NCBI RefSeq assembly: GCF_006345805.1
Contig: NC_043010.1
Span: 41,044,001-41,108,000 of the forward strand
DNA from: Octopus sinensis
Taxonomy: Eukaryota
Direction of reading: 5' to 3'
DNA: 64,000 bases
Shown here: positions 61,063 to 64,000 of the stretch, in pieces
Position numbering within the stretch: position 1 is the stretch's first letter
How the letters are laid out: every line of letters starts with the position of its first letter
Position numbers and translations under genes: made by a program
The notes under the pieces: model-generated
Told to the model about the DNA's origin: nothing
What the model saw: the letters and a program-made list of their open reading frames with translations, nothing else
Database searches by the model: none

Positions 61063-63298
61063 TATACCTATATATATATACATATACATATATATATATA
61101 AATATATATATAATATATATATATAAATATATATATATAAATATATATATATCAATTTGTACCTGTTGTGGTAGTCTCCATGTGTATATTCACGCACGGG
61201 TATAAATGCAGGGGGTACACGCTCACTTCATTTTGCCGTGTACCCCTCACATGTACATATGCATACTATTTTGGCTCGATATATGCAACAATGTAATCGC
61301 GCCCGTGTGTGTGAGCATCCTGGTTGTGCAATCACCCATCTGGGTGTGAGTGGGTGTAACGTATCGCTGTGGAGGTCGAGCTTGATACGTATATATTAGT
61401 GTGTATTAGGGGTTGTACGTACTAATTATGTGCATGTGCTTCACGCACTTGCGTCCATGTATGGATGAATATATTGGGATTACTATGTGGGTGTAAATAG
61501 GGTATGGGGGGGAGTTTTGTCATTGTATGGGTGTGGGTTTCATTTGAGCGTTGTGGAAGGGAACGTCGTTTAAATTGTGAATGAATGGGTGGAGTTGGGA
61601 ATTGTAACCGGGTGGTGGACTAGCGTTGCTTGGAATTGTGAATGGATTAGTGTGGTAGTGAGGTATGCATCGAGAATAGTTATGGGTTACTGTAAGTTGT
61701 TTGTTAGAGCTGCTAGGGTGAGCTAAACTCATAAATGTATAATGTTTTCATGGTAGTTTTTAAAGAATCCATTCATAATAATTTTTTTTAAGTAGCGTTG
61801 GTTTGCTACGTGGATATAGTTTTTTTAGTTCCATTTATTATTTTTCTCCATTCATATTTGAATGACGTTTACTTTCTATGCGCGTATTCTTTTTTTTACA
61901 TAGTTATTTCTATGGTAACGTAATTTTTGTTTGGTTTTTTATAACGGCTAAGAATTTAATTTCACTTCATAATTTGTAACTGAATTGTAAGTAGTGTTTG
62001 ATTTATCTTTATTTCATATTGTTATTTTTTGATATTCTGGTTAATTACGAAGTATTTAATGTTGTTTTCATAGGAGTGTTTATGTAATGAGATTGGTTTG
62101 AGTTTTTAGTTGTATAATTAATTTATTTATCTGTATGATTGTGGGTGTGTAAATATTGTTGTATATCGAGTTTAGTGAGTATGTATATGCGTATATGTGA
62201 GGGAGTATATGTATCTGTTTGTTGTGTGTGTGTTTTTGCGTGTTTGTGTGTTTGTGTGTGAATGTGTATTTTGGGTTTGTTATTTAGGTTTTGGGATGTA
62301 TGTTTTAATTTGTCTGGTGGAGGGAGTGGTTTTGGTGTATTTTGATGTTTATAAGTAGTATAGGTTTGTGTATAAGTCTTGGGTCTGTGGTTTACGTGTG
62401 TGTATTTGTGTGTGAATGTTAGGTTAGGGGATTGCTAATATACTTTTGTTATAGGGTTTAGCAAAGGGAGATTTTATCGTTATATGCTTTTATGAGTTTT
62501 GGTTTCATCTGGTTTTTTTTAGGTAATTCTTGGTAATTTGTCTATTTTCGATGTTGGTTATTTTTTTACATTGTTTTTTCATTCATAATTTTTGAGTGTG
62601 TTCGTTTTTGCCACGTGAATACCGGGTGGTGGACTAGCGTTGCTTGGAATTGTGAATGGAATAGTGTATTAGTGAGGTAGGCATAGAGAATGATTGGTTA
62701 CTGCAAGTTGTTTGTTAGAGCTGCTAAGTGAGTTTAAAGCTCATAATGTATTTTATGAGTTTTGTGGGTGTGTAAGTATTGTTGTATATGTCGAGTTTAG
62801 TGAGTATGTATATGCGGTATAGTGAGGGATTAATATGTATCTGTTTGTGTGTGCGTGTTTTTCGTGTGTGTGTGTGTTTGTGTGTGAATGGTATATGGGT
62901 TTGTTATTTAGGTTTTGGGATGTATGTGTTAATTTGTCTGTGTGGGGAGGGAGTGGGTTTTGGTGTATATTGAGTTTTATAAGTTAGTATAGGTATGTGT
63001 ATACGTCGTGGTCTGTGGTTTATGTGTGTGTATTTGTGTTGTGAATGTTTAGGTTAGGGGGATTACTATATAGGTTGTTTTAGAGTTTAGCAAAGGGAGA
63101 TTTTATCGTTATATGTTTTTAAGAGTTTTGTTTTATCATGGTTTTTTTTTTAGGGAATTCGTGGTAATTTGTCTATATTTCGATATGGATTATATATAGG
63201 TTATATATGGATTATATACTTATATTTTTCATTTATACTTTAATTATTTAAAATTATTATTTTATATTTTAAATTTTTGATTTTTTAGATTGGAAAGT

Positions 63299-63341
63299 CC
63301 ACCTGAAGATTGTCGATCAAGACAAGAAACGATTGTAGTGG
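63299..63341 (+). ncRNA. Minimal type I hammerhead ribozyme (family 5)
   Basis: CCAC-CUGAAGA-UUGUC-GAUCAA-GACAA-GAAAC-GAUU-GUA/GUGG: canonical core, perfect 5-bp stem II, 4-bp stem I, predicted cleavage after 63337. Confidence 0.85.
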
Positions 63342-63504
63342 CGGTTTTTTTGACTATTATTAAATTTTATGTATTGATTATCTTTCCTTGTTTTTTGCAA
63401 ATAGTGGTTTGTCTCTAATAATATTTTATAATATTTTACTATAAAATTGGATTTAATCCTAAATCTGATTTTTTTTTCCCTGTAAATTTGGATTTATTCC
63501 CTAA

Positions 63505-63577
63505 TATTTATTATTTATATATATAATATATATATATATCATATATATATACATATACATATATATATATATATTAC

Positions 63578-63610
<33 letters not shown>

Positions 63611-64000
63611 CTATATATATACATATATATATATTATATATACATATATATATACATATACATATATATATAATAACTATATATATACATATATATATAC
63701 ATATACATATATATATATATATATATATACATATATATATACATATACATATATATATATATATATACATATATAATACATATATATATACATATACTAT
63801 ATACATATATATACATATATATATACATATATCATATAATATTATATATATATATACATATATATCTCATAGATAGTATATATGTATATATATATAATAT
63901 ATCACACAATATATAATACACATACATATACATATATATTACCCTATATGTATACATACATCTATATATATATATATACTACATATAGTATACATACATA
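63505..64000. repeat. Degenerate (TA)n/(TATACA)n microsatellite
   Basis: Read directly. Confidence 0.9.

Overview
AT-rich, repeat-dense animal genomic DNA with a 100-N scaffold gap at 45007-45106. The SINE families and microsatellite load look like an octopus (cephalopod) genome, which is an inference from repeat recognition. One protein-coding gene is well supported: the 3' part of a FAM184A/B-like coiled-coil gene on the minus strand. Nine exons (56991 down to 29479) splice in frame with GT-AG boundaries into about 460 aa; its 5' exons were not found and probably lie beyond the window. The rest is tRNA-derived SINEs, RTE, CR1-like and Tx1-like LINE fragments, Tc1/mariner/maT relics, MITEs, a non-autonomous Helitron, a probable solo LTR and a decayed Penelope-like reverse transcriptase. 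The most notable signal is a set of type I hammerhead ribozyme (HHR) motifs. Two ORF-less tandem elements (564-nt and 583-nt monomers) each carry two intact-looking HHRs, share a conserved ~170-nt block and sit in TA-rich repeats, which matches the architecture of Penelope pseudo-LTRs or non-LTR retrozymes that can yield circular RNAs. A minimal intact HHR lies at 63299-63341, and four decayed or partial HHRs from two further families also occur. Several long fold-back hairpins abut (TA)n tracts. Self-cleavage and circular RNA production are predictions from sequence only.
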